Shown: positions 28,252 through 37,067 of the stretch, piece by piece
How positions within the stretch are numbered: position 1 is the first letter of the stretch
How the letters are laid out: each line of letters begins with the position of its first letter
IMG/VR virus record: IMGVR_UViG_3300032024_000167
Span: 1-43,868 of that record
Strand: one strand, 5' to 3'
DNA: 43,868 bases
Origin: a virus
Lineage: Duplodnaviria; Caudoviricetes
Notes under the pieces: generated by a model
The model's input: only the letters and a program-made list of their open reading frames with translations
Database searches by the model: none
Told to the model about the DNA's origin: nothing
Made by a program: the position numbers and the translations under genes

Positions 28252-28510
28252 TGCAATCCCCTCCCGTCTTCGCGGCTTCGATTACCTCTCCAACGTCACC
28301 AGCAATCTTTTTTTGCATGTCGTTCAGATCGCCTCTAATGTCTCTGAGTATTTTCAATAAGGCCTTGTTCGCCGCCCGCGCCTCCGCAAGCTGCTGCTGG
28401 AGTCTCCCGGTCTCACATAATGTGCAAAACGGTTTGAGACCAGTTCCCGCATCTGGGTACGAGATGAATCGTGCGTGATGTTCGCAATTGTGTTCGTAGG
28501 TCACTCCCAA
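28238..28510 (-). CDS. Hypothetical protein (90 aa)
   Basis: CEHH...CTLC plus coiled coil; tight packing. Confidence 0.6.
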   Translation of the reverse strand: MGVTYEHNCEHHARFISYPDAGTGLKPFCTLCETGRLQQQLAEARAANKALLKILRDIRGDLNDMQKKIAGDVGEVIEAAKTGGDCNGPN

Positions 28511-28746
28511 CTCCCCGCCGCTGCGGCTTCAATCGCCGCATCGACATCCGCGTCAATTGAATCTGGGTCGATATCAGGTGCCGAGAACTGCCAACGGTAG
28601 ACGCCTTCCTGATCTTCGCCCACGATATCTGAGTGCATTCGCACATATCGCCACCGCCGAGCATCAACCTCCGCAGCGGCGAGCCGCTTCTCTAACGCGG
28701 TCAGCCGCTTGAACTGAGCCTGGAAAGCGAAATACATGTCATTCAT
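28501..28746 (-). CDS. Hypothetical protein, paralog of 37220..37471
   Basis: Shares DA.RW.YVR...QEGVY.W.F.APDIDPDSIDADVDAAI. Confidence 0.75.
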   Translation of the reverse strand: MNDMYFAFQAQFKRLTALEKRLAAAEVDARRWRYVRMHSDIVGEDQEGVYRWQFSAPDIDPDSIDADVDAAIEAAAAGSWE

Positions 28747-28988
28747 CGCGCCGCTCCCTCTTCATCTGCCTCGTCACGTTGCAGCAGAGCGCACTCCTGG
28801 CACAGATAGTGCCCGTCACCCTGGCAGTCGCTCCAGTCACCTAGCTCGCGGCAGCGTGGAGCGTATATCGGGCACGGGTGGTCCACGTCGCGTACGTGGG
28901 GTATGCCGTGAGGAAGATCGCGGTACGCCGTACGTTGACGTAGCCGACGATACGCGAACCGGCACAGCCACAACCAGAAACGCTGCAT
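28743..28988 (-). CDS. Hypothetical Cys/His-rich protein
   Basis: CPIY...CQGDGHYLCQEC; ATGA overlap with the next gene. Confidence 0.6.
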   Translation of the reverse strand: MQRFWLWLCRFAYRRLRQRTAYRDLPHGIPHVRDVDHPCPIYAPRCRELGDWSDCQGDGHYLCQECALLQRDEADEEGAAR

Positions 28989-29017
28989 CACACACCTTCC
29001 GCCGCGCGTGCGGCTTG

Positions 29018-29263
29018 CTAAAGACCCGTCATGCCTTCTATCGCTTCGCAGAATCTCACTTTCCATTCCTTACGCGGAAACGATCGCGCGTAGAGAAATG
29101 CGATCAACTCATTCACCCCAAACCCACCACGACAATTGCCGGTGACGAGCGCTTCCTGTTTAGTGAATATCTCGCAGTAAACCTCGTAAGCCGCCAGTGT
29201 TACCTCCGAACGAACCCGATATGGTCCGCGTGTACTCGGCCCCTGTACTGGGTGCTGTTCCAT
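29018..29263 (-). CDS. Hypothetical phage protein
   Basis: AYEVY...RGGFG..EL pattern; TGATG junction with the upstream gene. Confidence 0.65.
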   Translation of the reverse strand: MEQHPVQGPSTRGPYRVRSEVTLAAYEVYCEIFTKQEALVTGNCRGGFGVNELIAFLYARSFPRKEWKVRFCEAIEGMTGL

Positions 29264-29547
29264 CACTCCCCACCTCCCTCCTTCGCGGCTTGCCATTCAT
29301 CACACACGTCATCAGGGCCGACAACTCGTCCGCCCCACACTTTGTCGAAATCTTCACCCTCCACACAGCCTAAGTCGCGTCCGTCCAGTTCGATCTCCGA
29401 CCAGTAGTCACGCAAGCAGCTTGGACGTGATAAGTACTTGTCACCGTGGAAGCAGAGCAGGTGATCCTTGTATTCTGGAATGTGCGAGTAGCGACAGTTC
29501 CAGCATCCTCGACTATGGATTTGTTCTCGGTGTGATGGTGGACGCAT
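29263..29547 (-). CDS. Hypothetical Cys-rich protein (94 aa)
   Basis: CWNCRY...C...VCDEW; tight packing. Confidence 0.6.
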   Translation of the reverse strand: MRPPSHREQIHSRGCWNCRYSHIPEYKDHLLCFHGDKYLSRPSCLRDYWSEIELDGRDLGCVEGEDFDKVWGGRVVGPDDVCDEWQAAKEGGGE

Positions 29548-29548
29548 G

Positions 29549-29980
29549 CTAGTCTCGACTCGCCGTCAATTGTCCTGCGATCTCACGCATTGCAAGCTGC
29601 GGTACAGTCCACAGCCCCTGCATTCCTCGGCACCACACGCCGCTTGGTAATCTCCTGACATGCTTCAGCACCCAACACCACGGCCCCTCGGTGTGCACAT
29701 GTTTGAGCACGTCATCGACCGTGATGCCGTCTGCAAGTACCGTGCTTCGGTCCCATCGACGCGGTCCTGCGATGCTGATGCAAGCAACCAGGTCAGCAAC
29801 GGCGACAATCTGGCTCATCGGGTATGCGGCAAGTTGTTGCTTGTCGAGGTACTGGGTTCCTTTTCCGGCGTGGATCGCCAACGGACCGCGATAGTCAGTC
29901 CCCCATGCTCGATTCTCAACCCATTTTTCGCCCGACGCGATCAATGATGCGTAAGGCTGGCTGATCGTCAGTGCTTTCAT
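29549..29980 (-). CDS. ASCH domain protein (143 aa)
   Basis: MKALTISQPYASLIASGEKWVENR.W...YRGPLAIHAGK and GMQGLW signature. Confidence 0.9.
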   Translation of the reverse strand: MKALTISQPYASLIASGEKWVENRAWGTDYRGPLAIHAGKGTQYLDKQQLAAYPMSQIVAVADLVACISIAGPRRWDRSTVLADGITVDDVLKHVHTEGPWCWVLKHVRRLPSGVWCRGMQGLWTVPQLAMREIAGQLTASRD

Positions 29981-29992
29981 GATTGTGTCCTT

Positions 29993-30892
29993 CTACGCAT
30001 CCACTCCGAGTACTCCGCCGCCAATTTTCTCGGCACAGGCCTCAAAAACCGCCTGACGCTCCGCGGGCTTCATTGCGGCCAGTCCCTGTGACCACGTCTT
30101 CATGCGTCGTCGGATCCGTTCCCGCTCTCGGCGGCCGTTGCCGACAAATCGAGTGTCGTGGTACCGGAAAGGCTGTTCGTAGTTCAACCAAAGAAACTCT
30201 GTCACTCGGCGGCCGGCTCGGTTCACGGTCGGGATTCTGACGAGCCGGCATTCACGTAGTGTCTCGTCGTACAGTTCCGACAAATAACCTGAGATCGCGG
30301 CCGGGCACGGCAGCGACAAGAACAGCCAAAGCAAATCGCGGTGATCCGCTTCTGTCAATTCGTGCTGGTAGTACCCGGAGCATCCCAGGTACGGCGGATC
30401 CAGGTAGACGAAATGCCGCGACCACGGAAAGCCGCCAAAAGTTGCGGCGGGACCAGGTGACGCCCCATCACCAGTCGCAGGATCTGGATGCGCCGCCGGC
30501 CGCGTCACAGCATGCCGCGTCACAGCCTGCAGGCGGAAATAGCCTCGTAGCCATTCAATCGCATCGCAGCGAAACATGGTCGCATGGCCGTCGCCGCTCC
30601 GGATCGCGTCGAGGTCCATGTCGATCCCGATCGTGATTGCGGCCGGCCTTTTCAACTTGGCAATCGTTCCGCGGCCCCAGAACGGCTCGATGTAGACGTC
30701 ATGCTCGGGCATTTCGGAAATGATCCGCTGCCAGACACCCGATCCACCTTTTGTTCCAGTCAACCCAGATGTGGTCGGAGCTGCTCGCATCGCAGTACTC
30801 GGCGCCGCTGCAGCGTCGCGGCTGCCGGCGTCGCTCGATCGACTGACACCGGATCCGGATCTTGCGCCCGGGTCGCGTCCGTTCGATATCAT
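29993..30892 (-). CDS. DNA adenine methyltransferase (Dam/D12-like)
   Basis: GTKG, YIEPFWGRG (motif I), FVYLDPPY (motif IV); start taken as MISNG after SD AAGGA. Confidence 0.85.
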   Translation of the reverse strand: MISNGRDPGARSGSGVSRSSDAGSRDAAAAPSTAMRAAPTTSGLTGTKGGSGVWQRIISEMPEHDVYIEPFWGRGTIAKLKRPAAITIGIDMDLDAIRSGDGHATMFRCDAIEWLRGYFRLQAVTRHAVTRPAAHPDPATGDGASPGPAATFGGFPWSRHFVYLDPPYLGCSGYYQHELTEADHRDLLWLFLSLPCPAAISGYLSELYDETLRECRLVRIPTVNRAGRRVTEFLWLNYEQPFRYHDTRFVGNGRRERERIRRRMKTWSQGLAAMKPAERQAVFEACAEKIGGGVLGVDA

Positions 30893-30914
30893 CGGTGCGT
30901 CCTTTCGGTAGTTG

Positions 30915-31712
30915 CTACAGCGTGGCCAGCATTGACTCAGTCGCTTTCGCCTGCTGGGCTCTCTTATTCCAGAATCGTTCGAGGAACCGGAACGTGGCGA
31001 TCTCAGCCATGCGACGACTGCCCGCGAACATCCAGGGCACTCGATAATCCTGCTGGAATGCCAAGATGGACCGGAACAGTTGCTTCTGGATCTGCCTGTG
31101 TTCGCGAGTTCTGCGGTCGTTTTTCTTAGCGAGAACGGCGTCGAGTGATCCTTCGACAACAACCATGGAAGCCTCGATCCGAGCGAGGTTTGCCAGTTCC
31201 TGCTCGAATCGGTCACGGCCGCCACGGAAATCGAGAACTGTTTGCTGGCAATCGTCGATCGATTTCCGCTCGATGTGCACCCGCCCGACGTATCCGTCGA
31301 TCGAATAGTCGCCGAGCTGACACGGATGACGACCGAGCGATCGCCAAAGCGTTCGGACAACCAACGGTGCATTCTTCTGATCCGCATCGGCGCGCAGGCC
31401 AACGAACGAAAACGGCTCCTGTTCATTGGAGTCGACGAGGATCGTAAACGGACAAACGACCGCCTCATCCTCTTCGTCGGTGATTTGTTGGACCATCCGC
31501 ACCGACCGAAGATTCTCCAGCCAGTGATCCGGCGTCAGATCGTTCTTGAGCGTCACCCCATGGCCAGCCAGGTACAAACGGATCAGGTCCAATGTCCGCT
31601 TGCCCACGCCTGGCGTGGCCAATATGTGTTTCGGCTCGGTCTCTGCCCAGTTCTGGAAACTAGAGATTCCGAGGTAGTTCCGCACGGCTTGGATCTTGTG
31701 GTCGAGAACCAT
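30915..31712 (-). CDS. ERCC4/XPF-type nuclease with N-terminal RNAP alpha-CTD-like/HhH domain (265 aa)
   Basis: VDSNEQ, GDYS, IERKSIDD, VVVEG; N-terminal ILATPGVGKRTLDLIRLYLAGHGVTL. Confidence 0.8.
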   Translation of the reverse strand: MVLDHKIQAVRNYLGISSFQNWAETEPKHILATPGVGKRTLDLIRLYLAGHGVTLKNDLTPDHWLENLRSVRMVQQITDEEDEAVVCPFTILVDSNEQEPFSFVGLRADADQKNAPLVVRTLWRSLGRHPCQLGDYSIDGYVGRVHIERKSIDDCQQTVLDFRGGRDRFEQELANLARIEASMVVVEGSLDAVLAKKNDRRTREHRQIQKQLFRSILAFQQDYRVPWMFAGSRRMAEIATFRFLERFWNKRAQQAKATESMLATL

Positions 31713-31714
31713 GG

Positions 31715-31975
31715 CTACAGCTTTGTCGGTGAGAGGATCTCGATTTCGGAAACGGACACGTGCAACTTGTCATCGTCGTCGACCAGATAGAGAAAACCGT
31801 CGTAAAGGACCGGCTTACCGACGCCAATCACGTTCTTGATCTGGCGGCAAATGTCCTTATCAGCGGCTTCCAGGTTGACCATGGCAGCAGCCAACTCGGC
31901 ACGAGCGGTTGACAGTTGCTCGAATCGGTCTCGCTGATTTCGGATTGCCATGATGATCTTGTCTTTGTGATTCAT
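31715..31975 (-). CDS. Hypothetical protein (86 aa)
   Basis: SD GGAGG; coiled coil. Confidence 0.65.
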   Translation of the reverse strand: MNHKDKIIMAIRNQRDRFEQLSTARAELAAAMVNLEAADKDICRQIKNVIGVGKPVLYDGFLYLVDDDDKLHVSVSEIEILSPTKL

Positions 31976-31986
31976 GTTTCCCTCCA

Positions 31987-32694
31987 TCACAGCTCATCGA
32001 GCATGTCGCTCTCGTCGTCCCCATCCTGGTCAGTGTCGTCGCTATCCTCATCGCTCTCATCGTCGAGTTGCTCGTCTTCTTGGTCTTGATCATCGCTGAC
32101 GACTTCACCGAATCGGTCGCGGTTCTCCGACAGCCACTCAAGTACTTGGTCCTCAATCTTGTCGACAGTCGCTTGGCCGAATCCGCGGATGCTTCCCAGG
32201 CCGTCACCGCCGCGCAGATCCTCGAGCTGTCCGATCGTGCGAACACCGGCTTCCTCGAGCCTCTCAAGCTGCTTGGCCGTCAGCGATAAGGCCTCGGCAA
32301 CCGGTGCGTTGCGCCAGGAGTTATCCGGCTGCGGGGCTGGCGGTGACTCCGCTTCGGCCTGGACAGGCTTCTCGCTGCTGGCGAACGGCAGCTTCTGTTG
32401 GAATTCGGGCCCGCGGGCGATCAGGTACGAAAGTCGCTTTCCAAGTTCGTCGACGAATTTCTTCTTCGCCGATGCGTCTGCCTTGGATGACTCGAACTCG
32501 CGCGTCGCCTCGATCAGCTCCCGGTTCAGCTCCCGGATCTCCTCGTAATGCTGCAACTCGATCGCGTGAACGGGACTGTCCTCCGCCGTCGTGGCTTCTG
32601 GCTGGCCGTCCACTGGGGTATCGGTGTCTTCCACTTCTGCCACTTCCGCCGTTTCTACTTCCGCTTCCGTCGCTTCCATTGTTTCCGTCGTCAT
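31987..32694 (-). CDS. Acidic protein with coiled coil and alpha-CTD/HhH-like domain (235 aa)
   Basis: LEEAGVRTIGQL...IRGFGQATVDKIE; very acidic termini. Confidence 0.7.
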   Translation of the reverse strand: MTTETMEATEAEVETAEVAEVEDTDTPVDGQPEATTAEDSPVHAIELQHYEEIRELNRELIEATREFESSKADASAKKKFVDELGKRLSYLIARGPEFQQKLPFASSEKPVQAEAESPPAPQPDNSWRNAPVAEALSLTAKQLERLEEAGVRTIGQLEDLRGGDGLGSIRGFGQATVDKIEDQVLEWLSENRDRFGEVVSDDQDQEDEQLDDESDEDSDDTDQDGDDESDMLDEL

Positions 32695-33863
32695 CGTGCG
32701 TCCTTTCTAAATCTGGGCCAGTAACTTCGCCGCGCGTTCGCGGCCGCATACGTCTTGCCGGTGCCGGGCCCGCCGCCGAATACTCCGATCACGCCCCGCA
32801 AAGCAACTGACAGCTGCTCCGCCTGGTGGGACGTGATGTTTTCGAGCGTCGCGGTATCCGGCCAGAAGGCCGGGTAGTTTTCCGAATCGACCAGGCGGCG
32901 GGCAATGTAGGATTCGTTCGCCGAGCATTTCCGCTCCGCCATCCAGATTGCCTCGCCCTTCTCCTCGATTCGGCCGCTGCGATCGGTCCGCAGGATATCG
33001 ATCATCCCCGACCGTTTGGCGAGACGGAGGGCGTCACCTGGTCGCTGGTTGCTGGCCGAGATCGAGCCGCGAACGGCGTTCACGCCGGTCGCAACCGGGT
33101 ACCAGGTGTGGCCGCTCGTGTCGCTCGCGATCGCATACCACGCGCACAACGCCTGCCGCTTCAGTCGATCGGGCCTGTGACCCAGGTCCAAATACATGGC
33201 GTCGGCGGTCTTGAAGCCGATCCCGCGGAACCGCATCAGGAGATACGGATTGCGGCGGATCATGTCGGTGGCCTGGTTTCCCCACAGAGCCAGAGCTTTC
33301 TTCGCTGTGGCCTTCGGCATGCCGCGGCGATCGAGCAACCCCATCAACTCAATCGAACAGTGCTCGATGTGAGCGCGTTCCCTAAGTCGTTCGGCGACCA
33401 GATGAGCCGACTCGATGCCGAGTCCCGTGATCGCGGCCGCCACGTCGTCCGGTTGCTCACGCACCATACGGACCGCATCACATCCCCACCGCTCCCAGAT
33501 CTTGGCGGCCCGCCCGATCCCGAGCCCATTGCCGCGCCCCGCCTCAGCCAGGTAGGCGACTATCCCCGACCTGGTCGCCGGTTCCGCCTCCACATACGTG
33601 GTGAAATGGAACTGCCGCTCACGGGTTCCGTTTCGCGGGTGGCTGTACATCTTCCATTGACCGAAGAACCGATAGGTTCCGGACTGTCGTAGCGGACGAG
33701 ATTCGTCGTCCGGTCCCTTCACGCCATAAGACATTCCAGGAGACAGATCTTCCGGCAATTCGCCGTCAACGTGTTCGGCGTTCCCGATAACGATGTCCCC
33801 ATCGCCATTGGGAAACCGAAACCGCTCGCCGCAGAACGTCGCCGTGATTTCGATTGCGGGCAT
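32691..33863 (-). CDS. Truncated RecD2/TraA-like helicase (N-terminal domains through Walker A only, 390 aa)
   Basis: GLGIGRAAKIW, IRRNPYLL...GIGFKTAD, SGHTW, GGPGTGKT, then a stop about 20 aa later. Confidence 0.8.
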   Translation of the reverse strand: MPAIEITATFCGERFRFPNGDGDIVIGNAEHVDGELPEDLSPGMSYGVKGPDDESRPLRQSGTYRFFGQWKMYSHPRNGTRERQFHFTTYVEAEPATRSGIVAYLAEAGRGNGLGIGRAAKIWERWGCDAVRMVREQPDDVAAAITGLGIESAHLVAERLRERAHIEHCSIELMGLLDRRGMPKATAKKALALWGNQATDMIRRNPYLLMRFRGIGFKTADAMYLDLGHRPDRLKRQALCAWYAIASDTSGHTWYPVATGVNAVRGSISASNQRPGDALRLAKRSGMIDILRTDRSGRIEEKGEAIWMAERKCSANESYIARRLVDSENYPAFWPDTATLENITSHQAEQLSVALRGVIGVFGGGPGTGKTYAAANARRSYWPRFRKDAR

Positions 33864-33966
33864 GATCGGCTCCGAGGGAAAACTCGCCGGCCGCTGTGCG
33901 ATCATATTCCGCAGAACACAGCAAGCCGGCGAGCCGAAGAAAGGCCACGCGCCTTTCGGAGAGGCG

Positions 33967-34587
33967 TCAGAGATTATCGAGGTCACCATCCGGCAGCTGC
34001 GGTTTGGACTTGCCGTTGCCACCGTTGGCCTTCGGTTCCTCATCTTGGAACGACTTCGGGTCCCGTCGATGTGCCGGCGGAATCAGAGCCAACGACTTCG
34101 GGCAACGCGGGAATGACGCACCGCGTGGATTGTCGATGTGCCAGATATCGGAAAAACTCAGCTCGACGCCCTTCTTGCCGTTGGGTAGTTCTTTTTCCTC
34201 CAGAACGGCGATAACCTGACGGCCTTCTGCGTCCTTCAACTCGATGTCGATTTCGGTCCCGAGCTGGGCCTCTGTCATCAAACCAGTGGCGATGAAGAAG
34301 GCAGCCTGTTTCTGACGATTAAACAGGCCTTCATTCTTCTGGCTGAGCTTCGGACCGAAGAAGATCAGGTCAGCAGTCCTGTCCCGCTCAGTGAAGTTGC
34401 CGTCAGCGTCCTTCACAGTGCCTTCCAACGCTTGGATCGTAACCTTGAAGCCGTCGATCGGCTTCTTGTCCTTCGTTATCGGAGTCTCGTCGGTGCCGGT
34501 CACAATCAAGTGATATGTGCCGGCCTTGTCCATCCAATTCCCACCACCGTGCGCCAGTGAATCTGGCGCTGAATACTTCATTCCCAT
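33967..34587 (-). CDS. Putative ssDNA-binding protein (DUF669-like, 206 aa)
   Basis: AGTYHLIV start motif, acidic tail DGDLDNL, directly downstream of the recombinase. Confidence 0.55.
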   Translation of the reverse strand: MGMKYSAPDSLAHGGGNWMDKAGTYHLIVTGTDETPITKDKKPIDGFKVTIQALEGTVKDADGNFTERDRTADLIFFGPKLSQKNEGLFNRQKQAAFFIATGLMTEAQLGTEIDIELKDAEGRQVIAVLEEKELPNGKKGVELSFSDIWHIDNPRGASFPRCPKSLALIPPAHRRDPKSFQDEEPKANGGNGKSKPQLPDGDLDNL

Positions 34588-34741
34588 TATCCGAGCCTTT
34601 CTTCTAGTGCGTCCTGAATCCTCAGTACATCGGAGACGCCAACGAGCCAGGACGGCGGGTACCCGAGCGTCTCAATTCCTATGTGCCAAACCTGTTCCGC
34701 GCCGAATCGTGCTACCAACTGCTGCAGGTTCGTGACCTTCT

Positions 34742-36001
34742 TCAGGAACTCGAATCGGCCTGGTTCGTCGGATCGAAAGGGACGTCGTCTTTCGACTTCA
34801 GGCTCCGCGCGAAGAACAGTTCCAGGTTCTTCGTTTTCAATGCGGCATGCAGAGCCTCAACGTCCTCGTGGCAGAGATCCGAGAGTTTCGTCTTGCCGGC
34901 CTGCGTCAGATGTGCCTTGACACGTTTGACCAATTCGAAATCATTGGCCATCAGTGCCTTGCAGTCGTCGACCAATGTCTGGCCGACTTCGAAATCATTG
35001 GCCATCAGTGCCTTGCAGTCGTCGACCAATGTCTGGCCGACTGCGCCGGTTTTGTCTGCTGATCGCGTTTCGGCTGGGAGACGACTCTCACCGGCAACGT
35101 TAGTGGCGGCAGCATTGAGCTTTGTCTCAAGTGCCACGATCAGTTCGGCAGCCTGTTCGAACGTCAGCTGCATGACCGACTTGGCGCCACGCTTCGCCAG
35201 TGCCTTTTCACGCTGCTCCGGCGTCACGCCAACCGCTTCGAACAGGTCTCGGAGTCGGCTCCGCTGTTCAGTCGACGAGCCTTTCGGATCGTCAGACGCG
35301 GTCGGCTCAACCGTGCCCGGCTGAGTCTCGGCCGGCTTGTCATCGACCACCTTGAATTCGGCGTCGATCGGTTCGCTGTCGACTTGGTTGGTTGCCTGCT
35401 GTGTTGGCGCCGCCTCGATCTTAGCGGCTGTCGACCGCATCAATGTTTCGACGTCCACCGGCTTGGTCGCTACCGGCTCGTCAGCCAGGTCGCCAATTTC
35501 TTCGGGGGTGTAGACACCAGCTACGACCTCGGGACATATGGTGCGGACGGCCTCGCTGCACACGCGCGCCCAGAGCATTTGACGCCTGGCTCTGGGTGTC
35601 GCCCAGTTTGTCTTGTGGGTCTTCCCGTCCTTCTTGTATACGAATGGTTCCTTCTGAGCCTCTTCCCAGGTGAGCGATTCGATGTGCGTGTTGCCATCGA
35701 ATTCCACTTCAATCGACGCGACATCGGGCGTTCGCGATTTCACCTTGTGTTTTCCACCACGACGACGGAAATCAGCCAGCATCGCGTCGGCCCGCATCGA
35801 CAGCTGACCGTCCATGATGTGGTAGGTCCGTTTGACGGCCAGCGGTGTCTGACGCTCGCACAGGCAGGCCATCGCAAGGACCTGGCCTTGCGATTCGTTC
35901 TCGCAACCGAACAACCGCGACTTTGCCATGGCCGCGCCGAACTCCCTGACGAATGCCATTGGATCCGCGACGTTGCCATAAATGCTTAAATCTGTGCTCA
36001 T
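34742..36001 (-). CDS. RecT/Redbeta-family single-strand annealing protein with long C-terminal extension
   Basis: NW...RQMLWAR..SEAVRTICPEVVAGVYTPEE motif. Confidence 0.75.
   Translation of the reverse strand: MSTDLSIYGNVADPMAFVREFGAAMAKSRLFGCENESQGQVLAMACLCERQTPLAVKRTYHIMDGQLSMRADAMLADFRRRGGKHKVKSRTPDVASIEVEFDGNTHIESLTWEEAQKEPFVYKKDGKTHKTNWATPRARRQMLWARVCSEAVRTICPEVVAGVYTPEEIGDLADEPVATKPVDVETLMRSTAAKIEAAPTQQATNQVDSEPIDAEFKVVDDKPAETQPGTVEPTASDDPKGSSTEQRSRLRDLFEAVGVTPEQREKALAKRGAKSVMQLTFEQAAELIVALETKLNAAATNVAGESRLPAETRSADKTGAVGQTLVDDCKALMANDFEVGQTLVDDCKALMANDFELVKRVKAHLTQAGKTKLSDLCHEDVEALHAALKTKNLELFFARSLKSKDDVPFDPTNQADSSS
34934..35042. repeat. Perfect in-frame 54-bp tandem duplication
   Basis: 34934-34987 equals 34988-35041; encodes VGQTLVDDCKALMANDFE twice. 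Confidence 0.95.
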
Positions 36002-36183
36002 AGTTCCTCCAAAACCTTCTTTGCCTTTCTTCGTTGGTCATCACGCCACTGAGTTGCGGCGTGCATCTCGCAATTCGTCAGCGGTCGTCCCTGCCGCTCA
36101 AAACCGTTGAGTGTCGGGTCAGTCGAAACCTCCTGGCCGAAGTCGAGCTGTTCTGCTTCAGTCATTTCGAAGTACGGCTTCAT
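35998..36183 (-). CDS. Hypothetical protein (61 aa)
   Basis: ATGA overlaps at both ends. Confidence 0.6.
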   Translation of the reverse strand: MKPYFEMTEAEQLDFGQEVSTDPTLNGFERQGRPLTNCEMHAATQWRDDQRRKAKKVLEEL

Positions 36184-36431
36184 GATCCGGTCTCAATCTC
36201 GCTTTCGACCTCAACTGCCGCGTTGTCCATGTAGTCGAGGACGTCTTCCATCGTCTGCTTGGTCGCGGTTCGGATGATCGGGTTTCCCGGCTGGTCCAGC
36301 TCGAGAACGTGCTCGCCCGTGTCTTGGTCGATGTAGTACCGCATGGTCGACTCCGTTCGTTTTGAAAACATGCCGGAGAACAGGCTCCGGCTTTCGGCCT
36401 CAGCGGCAACGCGTTCTGGCTTGATCCTCAA
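36180..36431 (-). CDS. Hypothetical protein
   Basis: Stop overlaps the next start; start uncertain. Confidence 0.5.
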   Translation of the reverse strand: MRIKPERVAAEAESRSLFSGMFSKRTESTMRYYIDQDTGEHVLELDQPGNPIIRTATKQTMEDVLDYMDNAAVEVESEIETGS

Positions 36432-36570
36432 TTTGGTTTCCGTCCTGCCACGGCTTACGTCGGTCGAGGATCGCTCACACCCGACGCGCCAAACCCATCA
36501 GCAATCGCATTGCCTTGCCCGGCCGGAACGAATCACCGACGCCGGACTTCATCACAGGTAGGGTATTCCG

Positions 36571-36780
36571 TTACTGGCGAAGCTCACGCACCAAGACCTG
36601 CTGCGTGGTGTGCAGCAAGAGTTCCTTGCTTTCGCCACTGCCATCTGGTCCGCCTTTCAGTTCCACCTCAGGCATTCCACCGCAGACGACTCCAGCGGAA
36701 TCCGTATGCTGGACCGTCACGCCAATCACCGCAGACTCACGGCTGTCGTCGTTCTTTACCGTCACATGAATCGACATCAC
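36571..36780 (-). CDS. Hypothetical protein (69 aa)
   Basis: SD AAGGAG. Confidence 0.6.
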   Translation of the reverse strand: MMSIHVTVKNDDSRESAVIGVTVQHTDSAGVVCGGMPEVELKGGPDGSGESKELLLHTTQQVLVRELRQ

Positions 36781-36812
36781 TCACTCCTTTTCCATTGAAC
36801 CACCATGAACAG

Positions 36813-36881
36813 TTGCGGGCCGTGGAATCGAACCACGCCTGCCAGGCTTATGAGACCCGGCCGGGTTCCAGCCCGCCCGCA
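36813..36881 (-). tRNA. tRNA-like element, anticodon CAT (Met/Ile2), shortened D-arm, no encoded CCA
   Basis: Acceptor TGCGGGC/GCCCGCA+A; anticodon arm CGGGT-CTCATAA-GCCTG; T-arm CGTGG-TTCGATT-CCACG; only 15 nt between acceptor and anticodon stems. Confidence 0.7.
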
Positions 36882-36887
36882 AGTCAA

Positions 36888-37067
36888 TCATGCTGCATCG
36901 CGTTGCTTTCCGCCGTCGCGATCAACCAACTCGCCTCGTACGATCCGCACTTCGCTGGGGGCCTCGATGCCGATCGACACCACGCTCCCACGTATGCGAT
37001 TAACGACGATCACAATGTCTTTGCCGATCCGAATCCGTTCCTTCGCTTTTCTGCTTAGCACCAACAT
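36888..37067 (-). CDS. csrA: Carbon storage regulator CsrA/RsmA (59 aa)
   Basis: MLVLSRK..ERIRIGKDI...VSIGIEAPSEVRIVRGEL is the canonical CsrA pattern including the R-x-E motif. Confidence 0.93.
   Translation of the reverse strand: MLVLSRKAKERIRIGKDIVIVVNRIRGSVVSIGIEAPSEVRIVRGELVDRDGGKQRDAA

Noticed and set aside
29993-30892. Restriction-modification system
   Set aside because: No cognate restriction enzyme recognised; the neighbouring nuclease is ERCC4-type, so the methylase looks orphan.
30893-31468. N-terminal extension of the methylase in the ORF track (likewise the extensions on terminase large subunit and RecD2)
   Set aside because: They overlap real upstream genes; internal starts with SD sequences fit better.
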